Part shown: one piece after another, positions 49,565-64,000 of the stretch | Layout: each line of letters opens with the position of its first letter | Position numbering within the stretch: position 1 is the stretch's first letter | Program-made: the position numbers and the translations under genes | Assembly (NCBI RefSeq): GCF_964188315.1 | Contig: NC_135662.1 | Coordinates: forward strand, 57,474,001 to 57,538,000 | DNA: 64,000 nucleotides | DNA from: Podarcis muralis | Lineage: Eukaryota | Direction: 5' to 3' | Notes under the pieces: generated by a model | Told to the model about the DNA's origin: nothing | The model's input: only the letters and a program-made list of their open reading frames with translations | Databases searched by the model: none

Positions 49565-52510
49565 CTGTTGCACAAAGTGAAGGAAGGCAAACTTTTTCAA
49601 GAAACCATCTGAAATACTGCATGTGCTACTTTAATGCTAGGGCCTGGTGATGTGCAACTTGCAAATTATGAAGAGTCATCAAATTAAGTCTCAGTTCCTC
49701 CTACAGACACTTTCTTCTACCATGCAGTTTATCCCTAGGCAGATTCATATGAGAATGTCTTTTGAAATTACCCAGCATGAATTGTGATACCAGCTCTAGA
49801 TAACTTCAAGTTTGTGTGTTGGCAGCAGCTGAATAAGATCTACACAAATCTTAGCAAGAATTGATTACAAAAATGAACAAAAAGGAGCAGCAGCAATGTT
49901 TTTAATTGAATATAAAATACAGAAGAGGAAATGATATTTAATCAACACTGATCTGCTACCCACTAGACATATGAATGCTAATTCAGTTTCTTCAGTATTA
50001 AAGGGATAGTAGTGTAAGTATAGACCTCTATACCATTACCTATAGCAAATAGTGACCTGTTTTAATTTTTTTAACAGCTGTCTACAATAAGGAATTTGAG
50101 TTTAAGCAGAATGCACTGCAGTCCTAAGCAGCCAGACATTGCTCTCTTACATGAAAGATCTCAATAAAAATCTGAACAGTGGCTTTGTTTCTAATAATTC
50201 CAAGATCTTAACCCCCCCCCCCCCAAAAAAAACCCCATCATCAAAGCCTGATCAAATAATGAGCAATGACAGTACAGTGGGATTGAGCACATCTATGAAG
50301 TTTGCAGATCAGATTACTTGAAACTGACTTTGGTAAAATGGAAGTTGGAAGAGAAACTGAAATACTTTGGATGCCAAAAGTAATTCTGAATTTACAAAAA
50401 AAAAAAGTGGTTAGGTTTTTCTAATAAAACAACTTTATAGATAAACATAATGGTGGCACTTTAAAAATTAAAAAGGGTCAAGCAGCCAGCCCGAAGAAGC
50501 AGGGTGATGGGGTGGTTTGAGTAGCAAGACTGACAGCAGAGCCAGGATTTGATTCACTGGGATAAATGTCTGTCATTTCAGTTGTGCAGTCAGAAGAAAG
50601 CTGAACTCACACACCCTAGCAGAACCACTAGGAGATCCTAGTTTTGCAACTGTAGCTTTTGGCATTATCCCACATACTAGGCTTGGATGAAAGGCTTGCT
50701 CTCAAAGGGTTATTTCTTTGGTGCTGCATTGGCTAGGATTTCATCAAGTTATACATGGTCTACTTTGGTGGGGGGAGGCTGGAAAAGAAGGTCTTTCCAA
50801 CTCTATGGCCATGTTCAGACAATGAACAAGTTGGGTTTTTTTTGCCAGTGCACACCTTCTCTTTGCTCCTTCGTTCGTGGCACCAGCAATCAAACCAGAA
50901 CACTTCCAATTAGCTACAGTTTCCTGGTTTGGGCAAAATGGGAAACTGTGGTTTACTTGCTTTGGAAAAAGCCAGAATATTAAGGTGACATCAAACTGTG
51001 GCTACCCTGCCTTGTTCTGAAGAGATAAGCATAAAATGGGATTTCCAAGCCCTACAACATAGGAAAGGGCTGCATGCCTGGAAGCCTTAAATCCTGGGAA
51101 CTTGTGGGAAGATTTAAGTTTGTCCCTTCAAATACTTCGGCACTCTGGGGATGTGAATCAGTACTTTAAATTGTAACATTTTCTTCCTCATTAACTCCTC
51201 TAATTTAGATTTTTTTTTTATAGCGAAGTGGTGTTTCTATAGTTCTTCATTACCTTCCCACTGACTGAGGCATTTTCTTTTTTTGCTTCTTATGAGCAGA
51301 AGTCCAATCTGTAGCTTTAGAGCTGCTACTAAGTTCTCAAATACACTAACACAACAAGCAGTTGGAAGCAGAAGCCATAGCAGGAGAAATTCTAACACTC
51401 TATGTGTGATGATTATGCTTCCCCACAGATAACCCTGACGGTGACAAATTTCCACTGAATTTTAGGCATTGCTTTTTCCACAACGGAATAGATGCTGCTT
51501 ACCTTCTCCTACTAATACCTCCAAGGGCTGATTGCAACAACTAACATAATGCCACTGGGCATTATGATTCCCTTTTAATATGGCATGATACATTCTCCCT
51601 AACTTAGTTTTATTCCAAGTATTACTACTGTTGTTGGATTTTCTTTTAGGCAGTGAAATAAATTACAGCAGGGGTGGGGAAACTTTGGACCATGTGCACG
51701 CCGGGTCGTTTGTGGAAAGTCACGGCAACCTGTTCTACATACAAGACGGCAGGTAGGTATGGGCAAGACTTCAAAGGAACAATTGAGAACTTGAAGTAAA
51801 GTCCTGATTGTTCCTTTGCTGGAGCACAGCACACTCCCACTCGCAATGGAAACTGCTTCTCCTTCCTTACACTTCTCTTTGAACCTCCAAAAACTGGAGG
51901 TTCCCTTTCCAAAACAGTTTTGAACTGCTCTTAAAACTTCATGTTTTCTGAAGTTTAAGGAGCCACACAGGACTGTTTGCAAAAGGGCTTTCAAGCAGCC
52001 CTGTGCTGAAATTTGAAAAATCCTGAAAATCAGGGCATCAAAGCACAGCATCACCTGATGTCACTCTGACGTCAGGTGATTGACAGGTGGGTGCTTTCAG
52101 CCTGCCATGAACCACCATTTGCAGCAACAGCAGCAGATATGTTCTATGCTTAAGATGACTTTTTATTCCCTTGTTAATTATGCTGTCTTAAATATGCATT
52201 TTATATTTGACTTCCTTCAGCAATGTTTTCTTCTGAAACTTTTTTTGTTAACGTTATATGTGCATTCTGTTAGCTGACATACTTTGTACTGTTTTATTTT
52301 ATTTCTTATTTTAATTCTTTGAGGTAACATTTTCATTTCCGGTTAATTATGTTGCTTTGACTGTATACTTTATATCTGACTTCCTTCAGTAAAGTTTTAC
52401 TCTGGATTATTGTATTTGAAAGTTTTAACGTGTTGTAAACCGCTTTGCTTCCCCCCCACCCTTTAAAATATAAAGTGGTATAGAACGGAACTGAAAAATA
52501 ATAATAATAC

Positions 52511-52642
52511 CTTGAGTTGATCATCGACGACTCTGGTAACCTCCCCAGCCATCGATTCTAGTGTCTCCTGGATTGGGTTGGATAAGGACCCATTTGCTCC
52601 TGCCCATGAAGGTCCACCAAGATGATAAAGATTGGGCAGTAA
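52511..52642 (-). CDS. CARMIL1: CARMIL1 exon [44 protein letters not shown]
   Basis: tttttacag acceptor, aag|gtatta donor, 132 nt, phase 0-0. Confidence 0.96.
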
Positions 52643-52818
52643 CTGTAAAAATTATTGCAACAAATTAACTCAAATTAATCATTATCTACAGAATCCTGTT
52701 AAGCAGGTAAACGTAAATAATATATATTTAAAAATACTTAATCTACATTAATATTTTAATAGTGATTTATTCTATTGGAATTAGTTCGCCAGTAACATAA
52801 AAGCTTGGTACCACTTAC

Positions 52819-52947
52819 AGTTTTGGAGTTCTTCGCATCTTTCATAAGTCTTTCTGCCGATTTCAGATCTTCCTGTATTGTATCAACACCACAGTTTCTT
52901 AAAGAGTTGATATGGTCTTGCACTTTGACACATATTCTGTCAATCAT
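52819..52947 (-). CDS. CARMIL1: CARMIL1 exon [43 protein letters not shown]
   Basis: tttctgtgtag acceptor, act|gtaagt donor, 129 nt, phase 0-0. Confidence 0.96.
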
Positions 52948-53079
52948 CTACACAGAAACAGAGCGGAAAGAAAAGATAATATTAGTAACCGTCAGAAAAG
53001 CTGTAAAACATTTTCATTCCCAGTATTCTGGGTAACCTTATGGGAGCCACATGACGGCTAGAGGCAAAAATGGGCAAAG

Positions 53080-53571
53080 CAAAATTAATCCAGAATGCAG
53101 CAGCTAGACTAGTGACTGGGAGTGGCTGCCGAGACCACATAACACCAGTCCTAAAAGACCTACATTGGCTCCCAAGACATTTCTGAGCACAATTCAAAGT
53201 GTTAGTGCTGACCTTTAAAGCCCTAAACGGCCTCTGCCCAGTATACCTGAAGGAGCGTCTCCACCTCCATTGTTCAGCCCGGACCCTGAGGTCCAGCGCT
53301 GAGGGCCTTCTGGCAGTTCCCTCACTGCGAGGAGTGAGGTTACAGGGAACTAGGCAGAGGGCCTTCTCGGTAGTGGCGCCTGCCCTGTGGAATGCCCTCC
53401 CATCAGATGTCAAGGGATAAACAACTATCTGACTTTTAGAAGGTAGCTCTGTTTAGGGAAGTTTTTAATGTTTGATGTGTTATTGTGTTTTTAATATTCT
53501 GTTGGAAGCCTCCCAGAGTGGCTGGGGAGGCCCAGCCAGATGGTCGAGGTATAAGTAATAAATTTATTACA

Positions 53572-53613
<42 letters not shown>
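53080..53613 (+). mobile_element. 5'-truncated L2 LINE 3' end with (TAT)n tail
   Basis: IQNAAARLVTG...HITPVLKDLHWLP, VLTFKALNGL..YLKERL, ALWNALP; conserved tail followed by a microsatellite. Confidence 0.88.
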
Positions 53614-53615
<2 letters not shown>

Positions 53616-54132
53616 GCAGTTCAATTTCTACATGTACTCACAGACCCTTCTCTCCATCCAGGCAAGCAAGACGCATTATCAGAATTCAAGGACACAACCC
53701 AACCATGCAAAAACAGTCAAGAAGGGTGTAAGGCAGTGATAGTGAAAGATGTGGCCTTGGGGGAGCCCCATGGGTCTGGCAGTGATCCTAGGAAGGTCAC
53801 ATTTGGCTCCTGGGTCAAATCTTACATCAGACTTAGAATGGTGGTTTAGCAGGGGATGGAAAGAATCTGATGTTCAGGAATATGTGCTGGGATCCAGAGT
53901 TCTACACATAGTTAGTTCAAATCATACTCTTAGGTTCAAAATCTCCCTCCCCACTGAAGCACCTCTGAAAATATGCTCCACAAGGTTGGGAACTCTTAAG
54001 AATAGAAGGTGGGGCAGGAGGTTTTGTGGAGAAATTGGTGAAAGTTATCTCTCCTCCACTTCCATTTCTGCAAACCTTTTCTGTGAGTGGAATTTTATGA
54101 AGACCAATTTAAACCCAACCCACTGAAAATTA

Positions 54133-54300
<168 letters not shown>

Positions 54301-55563
54301 TTAGGAATATATGTGCATGAGTATGCACACAAACAGTTAACGTATTTGTTTTTAAAAATCAAGTGAGAAAAACAATGAAAGAAATGCAATTTCACACAAC
54401 TGATACAAAATGAGTAAACGAGATTGGATCAAAAATGAGTCAAAAGAAAGGGGGAGTACTATTTGAGGCAGGGAAAGTATTATTATTATTAATTTATTGA
54501 ATTTATATACTGCCCTACACCTGGAGGTCTCAGGGCAGTTCACAGAAAATAAAGCAAAACATGTTTGCCACCACCAGCTGTTCTGATACATCCCAATATT
54601 TAAAGCACAAAACTCAACAGCCACATTTCTCAGATAATATTAATATTTTCCATATCTGCAGTCACTAGCGATTAGTAAACAGAACATGTACAAATGGCAC
54701 CACACATACATGTATTTAGACTGAGGGACAAGGGAATCCTATGGAAAACTTCAGCAGGTTTCCTTGCATTAAAATGCAATTGGGAATTCCTTAATCCAGT
54801 GGATTTAGATAGTAACAGGCACAAGTCATTGGTTCAGTTTTCTCCATGGTGGTGCCTTCCTTTGCAACTTTTGGGTGGGGCCCCAACCACCCAGTCACTG
54901 GAGACGCGAAATTGTTTTTTTAAAATAATTACTAACTGGAAAAGGATTTCTGTTCCGTTGTTTTTAATTTGTGTTTTAACTGCAATAACAAATATTATTT
55001 TCAACATTGTAATTACAAATTGTTTTGAGTACTGGAAACAGAAAAGTAACTAAATGTATTTATAAAATGGGATAAAAGTGGCAATCACCATCATGTCCAA
55101 AGGTACTTTCAATTCATTGTTTTTCACATATGTGAAATCATGGGGGGGGGGGGGGAACGGGACAACGACCCTTTTGTTCCTTAGATTAAGGCAAAATAAC
55201 TGTTCCAAAAATTAGTCCATTACCTAGGTGCCTAGGAATACACATGCAAACATACACATCCATTTTATTTGTGTTACGTACCAAAAAATTCCGCTTAATT
55301 AGCACTACATGGGACTGTTTACTATTATGCATTTATTTCTGTTGTTTTCACTTCCCACACTTCATTGGGAGGGAGAGTTATTTTCATGCACTTTTGGATA
55401 TCATAACCTTTGCAAACATACTTGTATGGGCCCCCAGGGTTAATACACACACTCACCCCTCAAGAATTTTGTTCATCCAACCATGAAATGACAAGCATTT
55501 AATAATATTAGTTTCTCTGCGTCTCCCTGTCCATCCCAATCTATAAGTAACTGTAGGCAATAC

Positions 55564-55657
55564 CTTTTGAAGTGCCTCTTCGGTTTTTTCAGGGCTTGTT
55601 TTAAGTGCTTGAGAAGCATCATTCACAGGTATAGGCATGAATCTTAATGTATAATTT
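55564..55657 (-). CDS. CARMIL1: CARMIL1 exon (K)[31 protein letters not shown]
   Basis: tttttttaaaaag acceptor, aag|gtattg donor, 94 nt, phase 2-0. Confidence 0.94.
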
Positions 55658-56185
55658 CTTTTTAAAAAAAAAGATGTAGAAAAAAATCAGGTTAGACGGG
55701 CACATAGAAAAAACAATTATTTCTAACGTTTCTGTAAACTTCCTAGTCCCTTTATCAAATGCACACATTTTGTTTCACACAAGCTGAAACGCTGTGTCAA
55801 TATATAGTTTCCAGGACTACATTTCAAAATGGCTTTGATACACAGCTGAGATGTAAAAAGTGATATATATGGTGTTCTGCATCAGTTTGCAAGTAGACAC
55901 AAATAAGGGGTGATTCTTACACCCCCTCCTAGAAAATAGATCTCAGTCTTTCATATAGATATAGGAAGATGACTTTACCCATCTAAGTATTTTCTTAAAA
56001 TCAAGCTTTTTGAACAAGGATGCCCAATGAAAATAACAGAAGCTGCACAACAGATGTGTTTCATGGCATATATGAGTATAAATAATAACCATCAAGTGGA
56101 AAAAAATGACTGTAAAGGGAAGTTTTTAATGTTCAATGTCTTACTTCACTTTAATTTGGGGCAACCCAGCCAGATGGGTGGCATA

Positions 56186-56228
<43 letters not shown>

Positions 56229-57273
56229 ACAAACAAACAAACAAACACCTGCAAAATAAAATGTGACTGCCCTATATAATCTTACATTTGGCACAAACAC
56301 AAAGCTGCTTCACAGTTTCCTTAGTTGACAAGTTTTTTTAAAACCATATCTAATGTGAAATATGACTTGCTTTCACCCTTACCACATAAATAGCATATTT
56401 CACATAACCAAAACTGCTTCATGCTTGGCATCTCTCAGTCATTCTTTTGAATTGTTGGGGATGACAGTTAAAGTTCTAATATGGCTACTTAAGAATCAGG
56501 AGCACTACAGAATCCAAATTTGATGTGCCCTTTCCGGCCAAATTCATCCCTCACCAATCCCTGACAGTTATTCAGACCACAAGCAGGGACCAGGTGAGCT
56601 GCAGAGGTGGCTCAACAAGCATCCGAGCCAAGCCAGTAAGGTAAAGTGGTTAGCGCACAGCTTGAATCTGGTTCAAAACATTACACACCAAGTGGGTTCC
56701 ATCTTTCTCATGTCTGCAATGTTTGATCAGCCCACATCATCCTGTGATCCCCTTCAGCAGGTTATTGCATTTTACAGACCCCAATGCAAAGAAGACTCCA
56801 TTTTACAGATCCTGCAGCTCACATCAGGCAAACCGTAACCCTAAAACTAATCTCTCCATGTCTCTGCAAACTTCCTCCCTCTTAGTTGAGGCAGGGGCCC
56901 TTCCCACAGCTGTCTGACTTAACAGCCTACCTTCCTGCCTTTTGCTTGGTTAATGACTCGGCCATTATTAAAGAACTGCCTCATTAGGAAACTGGCTTGT
57001 GTTATTTCCAGCCCTTGCTAGATCCAAGAATTTAGGAGTTTTACTCAATTCAGAGATCTAGGGGAGTCTGACCCCCTCCCCAAAATCCTAACAATATATT
57101 TCCAAGGGGAAAGTTCTCATTTCTAAAGACAATTCGGGAAATTTAAAATTCAACATCTGAAAGAATAACCAGCATGTATTTTTACCCCTATATTTACTGT
57201 TTCATACTGAGTGCAAAATACATGGATAAAATGCAACTAGCTCCTTGTAGGAACAGCAAAATACAATAAATTA

Positions 57274-57499
57274 CAGTGGTACCTCGGGTTACATACGCTT
57301 CAGGTTACAGACTCCGCTAACCCAGAAATAGTACCTTGGGTTAAGAACTTTGCTTCAGGATAAGAACAGAAATCGTGCTCCGGCGGCGCGACAGCAGCGG
57401 GAGGCCCCATTAGCTAAAGTGGTGCTTCAGGTTAAGAACAGTTTCAGGTTAAGAACGGACCTCCGGAACAAATTAAGTACCTAAGCCGAGGTACCACTG
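57274..57499. mobile_element. Tc1/mariner MITE, 226 bp (copy 3, inverted relative to copies 1 and 2)
   Basis: Same TIRs and TA TSD; interior is the reverse complement of copy 2. Confidence 0.92.
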
Positions 57500-59119
57500 T
57501 ATATGTATTTTATAAAGTAATGCAGGATATATGTTATTTTAATAGAACAAGCAAATAGGAAAAAAGAAATTTAAGCAGTCTATCAATGTTACTCGCATGC
57601 CCAACAGGTGTACTGCTAGCCTATTTAAGTTTTCTGACAACAGATGTAGCAACTAGATCTTCCATGCAAATATAAACTGCTGAGTTTTCCAGTATAAAAA
57701 TTTGGAATGAGGGATAACAACCTACTTTAAAAATATGACTAAATAATCCATAGGCTTCTGCAGAATTAGCTTGCAAAACTATAGCCCTTTGTTTAATGAA
57801 TACATGACGTTATCCACCAAAATGTCAGTAACTGTGGGAGTCTCGACCTCTTCCTGTGTTATATATTGACTTATTTTTCACTGCTGTGATCCTAATCTAT
57901 GTTTGGAGTTTTTGTCTCTTGGATTATAACACATTTCTAAAGAGTTATTTCCCACCCTGCAGCCCTGATACTGTCCTGAAAATTCCAATCATCATAATGC
58001 ACAACAAGTGGGTTTTTTCATAATTATCTCAACCCGATTCTAGACTTTGCATTTTCAGTCCTGCAGTGCAACCATCAATAAATCACTCCCTATTGAACCA
58101 AAGTAATTAAGACGAGAGAATGCAACACTGTTTGTTGTTCTTCATAATGGTTTTCATATTTCTGTAGCAAATATATAACTTCACTGTTACAGTTTGAAAA
58201 ACTCCCAAACCAATCATTTTGATGCTGTTAAAAAGGAAAACATTGTACTTCTTTTACTCTGTTGTTGCCAAAAAATGGATACTTTGGAAGAAAGAAATAG
58301 TTTATCTAAAGTAAGGTTAATTTTATAATGCAAAAAACAACTACCTTGAGAACAGAAGAATTAGTTACATTACTTGATCTGCTAAGAAGCATACGGTAGG
58401 AAATGTTTTCTAATAAATATGTGATACACACACACACACCCTTACCAATGTTGACATAAAAGGCTGTCTTCCCCGCTAAGAACTTTGCTGATCACATCTG
58501 GGGCCCCATGAAGGAGTCAGAAGGTGACCTGAACTTCTATGCTCAGTAAATAAGATGTCACCTTTAGAAAATCATAGCTGTTGTATTAGCACCAAGATTT
58601 CCACTTTCTGTCAGATAATTTCATTCTCAATCTTAAGAGCAGCCCCCCTTTTTCATTTATCTTGGCAGATGGAAGAGAAGGCACATATTATAAACAGGAT
58701 GCCAGAGAGTATTTTCCTGTCAACAGAATGCATGTTGTCAGTCTGTGAAGGGATTTCCTCACCCCAAGTTTGCCATTGATCTCAGTACTGCCAGTTAACT
58801 TTTCATTAACTCTAACTTCAACAAGATGGCACCGTTTAAGTGCCTAAGCTGGCCACTTGACTATTTTTTAATTCCACACATTAGGATAGAAAGTGATAAT
58901 GAATTTGAAAATTGGTAATCAGCCAACAAATGTTTTAGTAACAGAGTACATCCATCAGTACAGAGGAGAGAATGCAAATATTAGGGATTCCTCTGCCATT
59001 CAGACCATGCAGATCAAAATGATTCGTTGTCTATTTTTGCAAAGCAGTATTGTAACATTAGCAACCAAAAATTGGGTCCATCTTTGTGACAATTATAATA
59101 CACAACTGGGTGGAACTTA

Positions 59120-59236
<117 letters not shown>

Positions 59237-59425
59237 TTAAAAACAAGCAAGCAAACAAACACATATTAAAAACTATCAGTACTAGTGCATTTCCAGTATT
59301 TAGAACAGAGTAGATCTGTATGTTTGGTCTGGGAGATTAGACAATATGCAAGAAACTCATGAACAAAGCATGGGTTAAGGCATGCAAGACAGACATCGTT
59401 CAAGTTAAGGAACATGTTATGTTTA

Positions 59426-59650
<225 letters not shown>

Positions 59651-59660
59651 CTACCCCTTA

Positions 59661-60017
59661 AAGGTAAAGGGTAAAGGGACCCCTGACCATTAGGTCCAGT
59701 CGTGGCTGACTCTGGAGTTGCGGCACTCATCTCGCTTTATTGGCCGAGGGAGCCAGCGTACATCTTCCGGGTCATGTGGCCAGCATGACTAAGCCGCTTC
59801 TGGAGAACCAGAGCAGCGCACGGAAACACTGTTTACTTTCCCGCCAGAGCAGTACCTATTTATCTACTTGCACTTTAACGTGCTTTCGAACTGCTAGGTT
59901 GGCAGGAACAGGGACTGAGCAACAGGAGCTCACCCTGTCGCGGGGATTCGAACCGCCGACCTTCTGATCGGCAAGTCCTAGGCTCTGTGGCTTAACCCAC
60001 AGTGCCACCCGCGTCCC
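59661..60017 (-). mobile_element. Full-length Sauria SINE
   Basis: tRNA-like head gggacgcgggtggcactgtgggttaagcc, (cctttac)n tail, 12-bp TSD CACTACCCCTTA at 59649-59660 and 60021-60032. Confidence 0.92.
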
Positions 60018-63000
60018 ACACACTACCCCTTATGCTAGCCCAAATACCCCCTTTCGAGCATCATTAGATCAACCGGCAGCACAGTTCTGCACAAGATGCC
60101 TTCACAAAGAAAGTTCTAAGTGAACTGCTACAAATGTAGAATTTTACACTACAAAAGAGTAATACATTCCATCATATTATTTGGAACTACTGCAAGGCGC
60201 AGGCCTGGTTCATATGATCATCTAAATCAGGGGTGGACAACCTGTGGCCCTTCAGATGTGGCTGAACTGCAACTCCCATCATTCCTGACCATTGGCCATG
60301 TTGGCTGGGGCAGATGAAAGGTCTAGTTCAGCAGCATCTGGAAGCCACATATTCCCCACCCCTGGGTCCAGACCATGGTGCAGATGGCTGCAAATGAGCT
60401 GCAACAAGTTCTGGACACGTGAGGTCCCCTTCCCTTCTCCTCGTCTTTTGTGCACATGAGATATAGAGTAAAAAGCTTTAACCTTTTATAAGGAAAAACA
60501 CACAACTAACAAAAGCTAATGCTCAATATATCAGTTTCTAGACCTTATAGACAAGAAGAGTGCTGCTGCACTGAAGTCCTGCTTGTGGGCTTCTTTTGGG
60601 CATCCAGTTGACCACTGTTAAAAAAACAATGCTGGACTGGATGGGCCTGATCCAGGAGGCCTCTTGTTATAACTATGCTTATTATTATTATTATTTTTTG
60701 ACAGCATCTAGAAATATAAAATACCCTCTGCATCTGAATCTGCAGCTCACTGTCAACACACAAACACAAATAATACACATGCTGCAGGAGATCTCTAGAT
60801 GGCTTGAAAAAGATTATTTTTTTCTTGCCACCGCTATACAGTAAGATTAAAAACCCAGAGGGATGGCGCTAAGTTGGAGCTTGCCATTATGCAAACTAGG
60901 AAGGCAATGCGCTGTGACTACATAATTGAAAAGCCTGTCCTTGACAAAGAAATGTAACCGTTTTAGTTTTAATGACAGCTATCAAATTACTGTATTAATT
61001 CTCCTAATCTCCAAGTGCGCCCTTACTTTATTCGCCACATAATTTAGAGAGCATTAGCTTCACATTAGCCTGGTGCTTGGGAACGGTAGCAAAAGTTTAA
61101 TTGAGGTGCTTCGTGCTTCTGTCGTAGGTTCTAGCACAAAACCGTAACAGTACAGCTCATCCTTCTGAAATAATAATCAGCTCAGCAATGCTTGTTTACA
61201 GCGTGCACAGCAGAGGAATTTTAAAAAAAGTTAATCGGAACAGAATGCAGGAGTTCACCATCATTACTGAGAGTGAGCAAGGGATAAGCTTATCTCTTCA
61301 ATAATATGTACCATAAGGGATGGGAAATCTGTGGCCCTCCAGATATTGTTGGACAACAGCTCCTACTAGCTCAGCCAGGATGGCTAATGCTTGAGGATGA
61401 TGAATGCTGTAGTCCAGTAACATTGAGAGCGCCACATCTCTCCTGTGGGTGCATTCCTCCTTCCACACTAAGGCCTTCCTGTTCTGTAAACCTGCTTTCT
61501 CTGCTTTCATACTAAAAGTGGGACATCTGGTCTTCAATCACAGTCTCAGGAAGAGCACAACTTATTCCTGCATCCAATTGACTCTCAATTAGCTAATTAT
61601 CCTGGTCATAGTGGTAGTTAGGTCCATGGAAAAATTAAGAACTATTCACCCCAAACATCCTTGAAAAGAAAGCCTCTGTGTTTATCAATCTTAGGCCCTA
61701 TGTTTCTGCCTAGCCTGACTGTGAGGTAAATTCAAAAACCCTGAATAGGGTCTGCCAAATGATCACACTACTATTTTAATATTTTAGTATTTCGACACTG
61801 GATAGTCATTGGTATAAAACACACCCATGTAATAAAAACCACAAGATTTAATGATTATTATACAAAAAATCAGATTTTAGAATGAATGGATCCAATACTC
61901 CCAAACATTCTTATGTCAACGTAAGGCAGACATTGCACTAGTCTGTCAAATCCAATAAAATGAAGGCTTTAAATACCATTTCATATGACAACTTTCTTAC
62001 ACACTACTCTGCATGAAAGCATCTATGCCAATATGCAGAGTAGTGTGTGAAAATGGCATGAGTTTCTGTGTTATCATAATTATACCCTGAATTGACTCCT
62101 GCACTTGAAACCAGGTGCTGTGCCAAGTATCATCAAGTACTGTAATTCCAAAATTAGAGTTATTTTATTCTTAGGGAACCCATTCCAACACTTCACGCTC
62201 CCATCATGTAACACCAGGAAAATTAGAGGTTTGTCTGCAGACTGAAGTCGTTTATCTATAGAGGGGAGATAACTGTCCTCCCCTTTTCCAATTGTCCAGG
62301 TGTGGATATTTGTTCCCCTTTTCTTGCTCAGGATTGTTTCTGTGCGTCTCTGATACTCGAGGGACCTTTTTGCCTTCCCTATTCCAATAAATCCCTAAGA
62401 GATAAATGATTACAAAACTCTGGATTTTTTTTACCTATTTAAGGCTGTGAAATTGCACCCTCCTAATTACTATTTGACTCATCCCTAGAAGGAGACTTCT
62501 CCAGTTCCCAAAAGAACTTTCTTTCTGACTCCAAAATTTGACTCACTCCTCTAAAATTGGGAATGCGGCTCTATTCAGAGCTTAATAGATCACAATCGCC
62601 CTCATCATCATAATGTCCCTGGGGGAAATTTGAAGGAGAGACAGGGATAAAAGAAAAATCAATCTGCATTAGTGGACAAATGGTTGTTAAAAATAGCTCA
62701 GAGCTGTTTAGTGGTCAATTTGTTTGGAATATTTCTCCATATAGTCGGTCTTATCAGTTGTCCAGTTCAGAGACATTGGTTGCCTAATAAAATCAAAGAC
62801 AAATAATCTGCACTTTTATTAATACTGGCTTGAGATGAGTCATACTTTGATACATTAAGCTTAATATAACGATAATTTAGAGGGCAATTCTTTGCTCTTG
62901 AGTTTTGAAAGCAAGAGATCATAGAACCCTGAACCAAATCCTATGAGGGTCTGGAGATCAATTATCCCTGGAAGAGAGACATGAACTGGCATTTACTGAT

Positions 63001-64000
63001 TAGGATGCTCCAATGCTTTATTAATATACTGTTAAGATTTCAGCATCAAATTAAATCTCACTTCTAGAAATAAGGTATCATTGGCACCATTAGCCAGGTT
63101 GTTCGAAATCCCCTGGAAAACATCTACAAATCCAGTTTCTGGATAAGAACAATAGGCTATAAAAACCAATTACTCATTTGGGGGAACTGCAAGGAATCTT
63201 TCAGTTTTTTAAATGCTCATTCTGTCCAAGTGGTCACATGAAATCAGATTCGATTTTTGAAGCAGCTTAGGGGACCTAAGGCAATGTCTAGTTAGTATTA
63301 AAATTAGCCTGTAAAATATAAAATTGAAATAAAAATGTATATACAAACAATAAAACAGGAAACAGCCCTGATGAAGTCAATATAACAGAGAAATTTTTGA
63401 TCTTGCAAAATTTAAATCACTAATAGTTTCCAGGAGTTCCAAAAAGTCTCTCAGAGGTTAAACACACAGGTTTTCATACTTGTATTTGCATGAATACTTA
63501 ATACTTAACATAACCTCAGTGTTATCAATGACAGTTCTAAAAATATAATAAAAAAATCTTGTGGCATGCAATAATGAAAAAATATAAAAGCAAAGTGTAA
63601 GAAGCATACATCCCCTTAAAGACCCAAGCAAACTCTAACTCTGTGCCACCCCAAAGTTTGATGTCTTTTGATACTGTCTTTTGGCTGCCACTGCCCCTTC
63701 CCAGAAGCAACATCTTTTGAAGTTTCAGCCACGAGGGACGGGGGACATGACTGGTCACTTGGCCTAAATGGAATACATATGATCTTGCTGTTAGTAGAAA
63801 GAATTCATTTTTGGCAAGAAGCCTGGCAGTTATATGGTGTCACTTAGCCCTGGGTGGAACCTACACTCCCATGCCAACGGCTAGTTGCTATGTACTACCT
63901 GGAACTGTTTGGTCCTGCTGGTAGTTAATGTAGGAGAGACCAAAGGAGGACAACCCAGGCTTTGCTTTCCCACCAGCAGGTGACTGGCATTGTTATAGAC

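Noticed and set aside
52050-52080. Small inverted repeat with CRE (TGACGTCA) and paired E-boxes
   Set aside because: Appears embedded in a degenerate repeat-like context; a single short palindrome is not enough to call an enhancer
52982-53420. 143- and 73-aa ORFs
   Set aside because: Both strands of the L2 fragment

Overview
Vertebrate genomic DNA from a squamate, probably a lacertid lizard (inferred from the Sauria SINE and the MITE repertoire). Two genes lie tail-to-head on the minus strand, in the order I recall for the mammalian locus. CARMIL1/LRRC16A contributes 17 coding exons (59614 down to the stop at 14593), covering the end of the LRR, the helical dimerisation domain, the CPI capping-protein motif and the C-terminal tail, followed by its 3'UTR. 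SCGN (secretagogin) contributes exons 1-2. Every listed exon has GT-AG boundaries and the reading phases join consistently. Introns contain Tc1/mariner and hAT MITEs, CR1 and L2 fragments, tRNA-derived SINEs, a Sauria SINE and a 1.9 kb L1-like element. Main leads: (1) the 12.5 kb CARMIL1 intron just before the CPI-containing half may hold both an alternative hydrophobic terminal exon and an alternative first exon encoding METLCCTS, which would split the protein into two halves; (2) a Cys/Tyr/Pro-rich antisense ORF nested in the last intron; (3) a CARMIL1 exon that regenerates its upstream 5' splice site; (4) a REST/RE1 site over the SCGN start codon. Comparisons with human proteins are from memory, not from a search.
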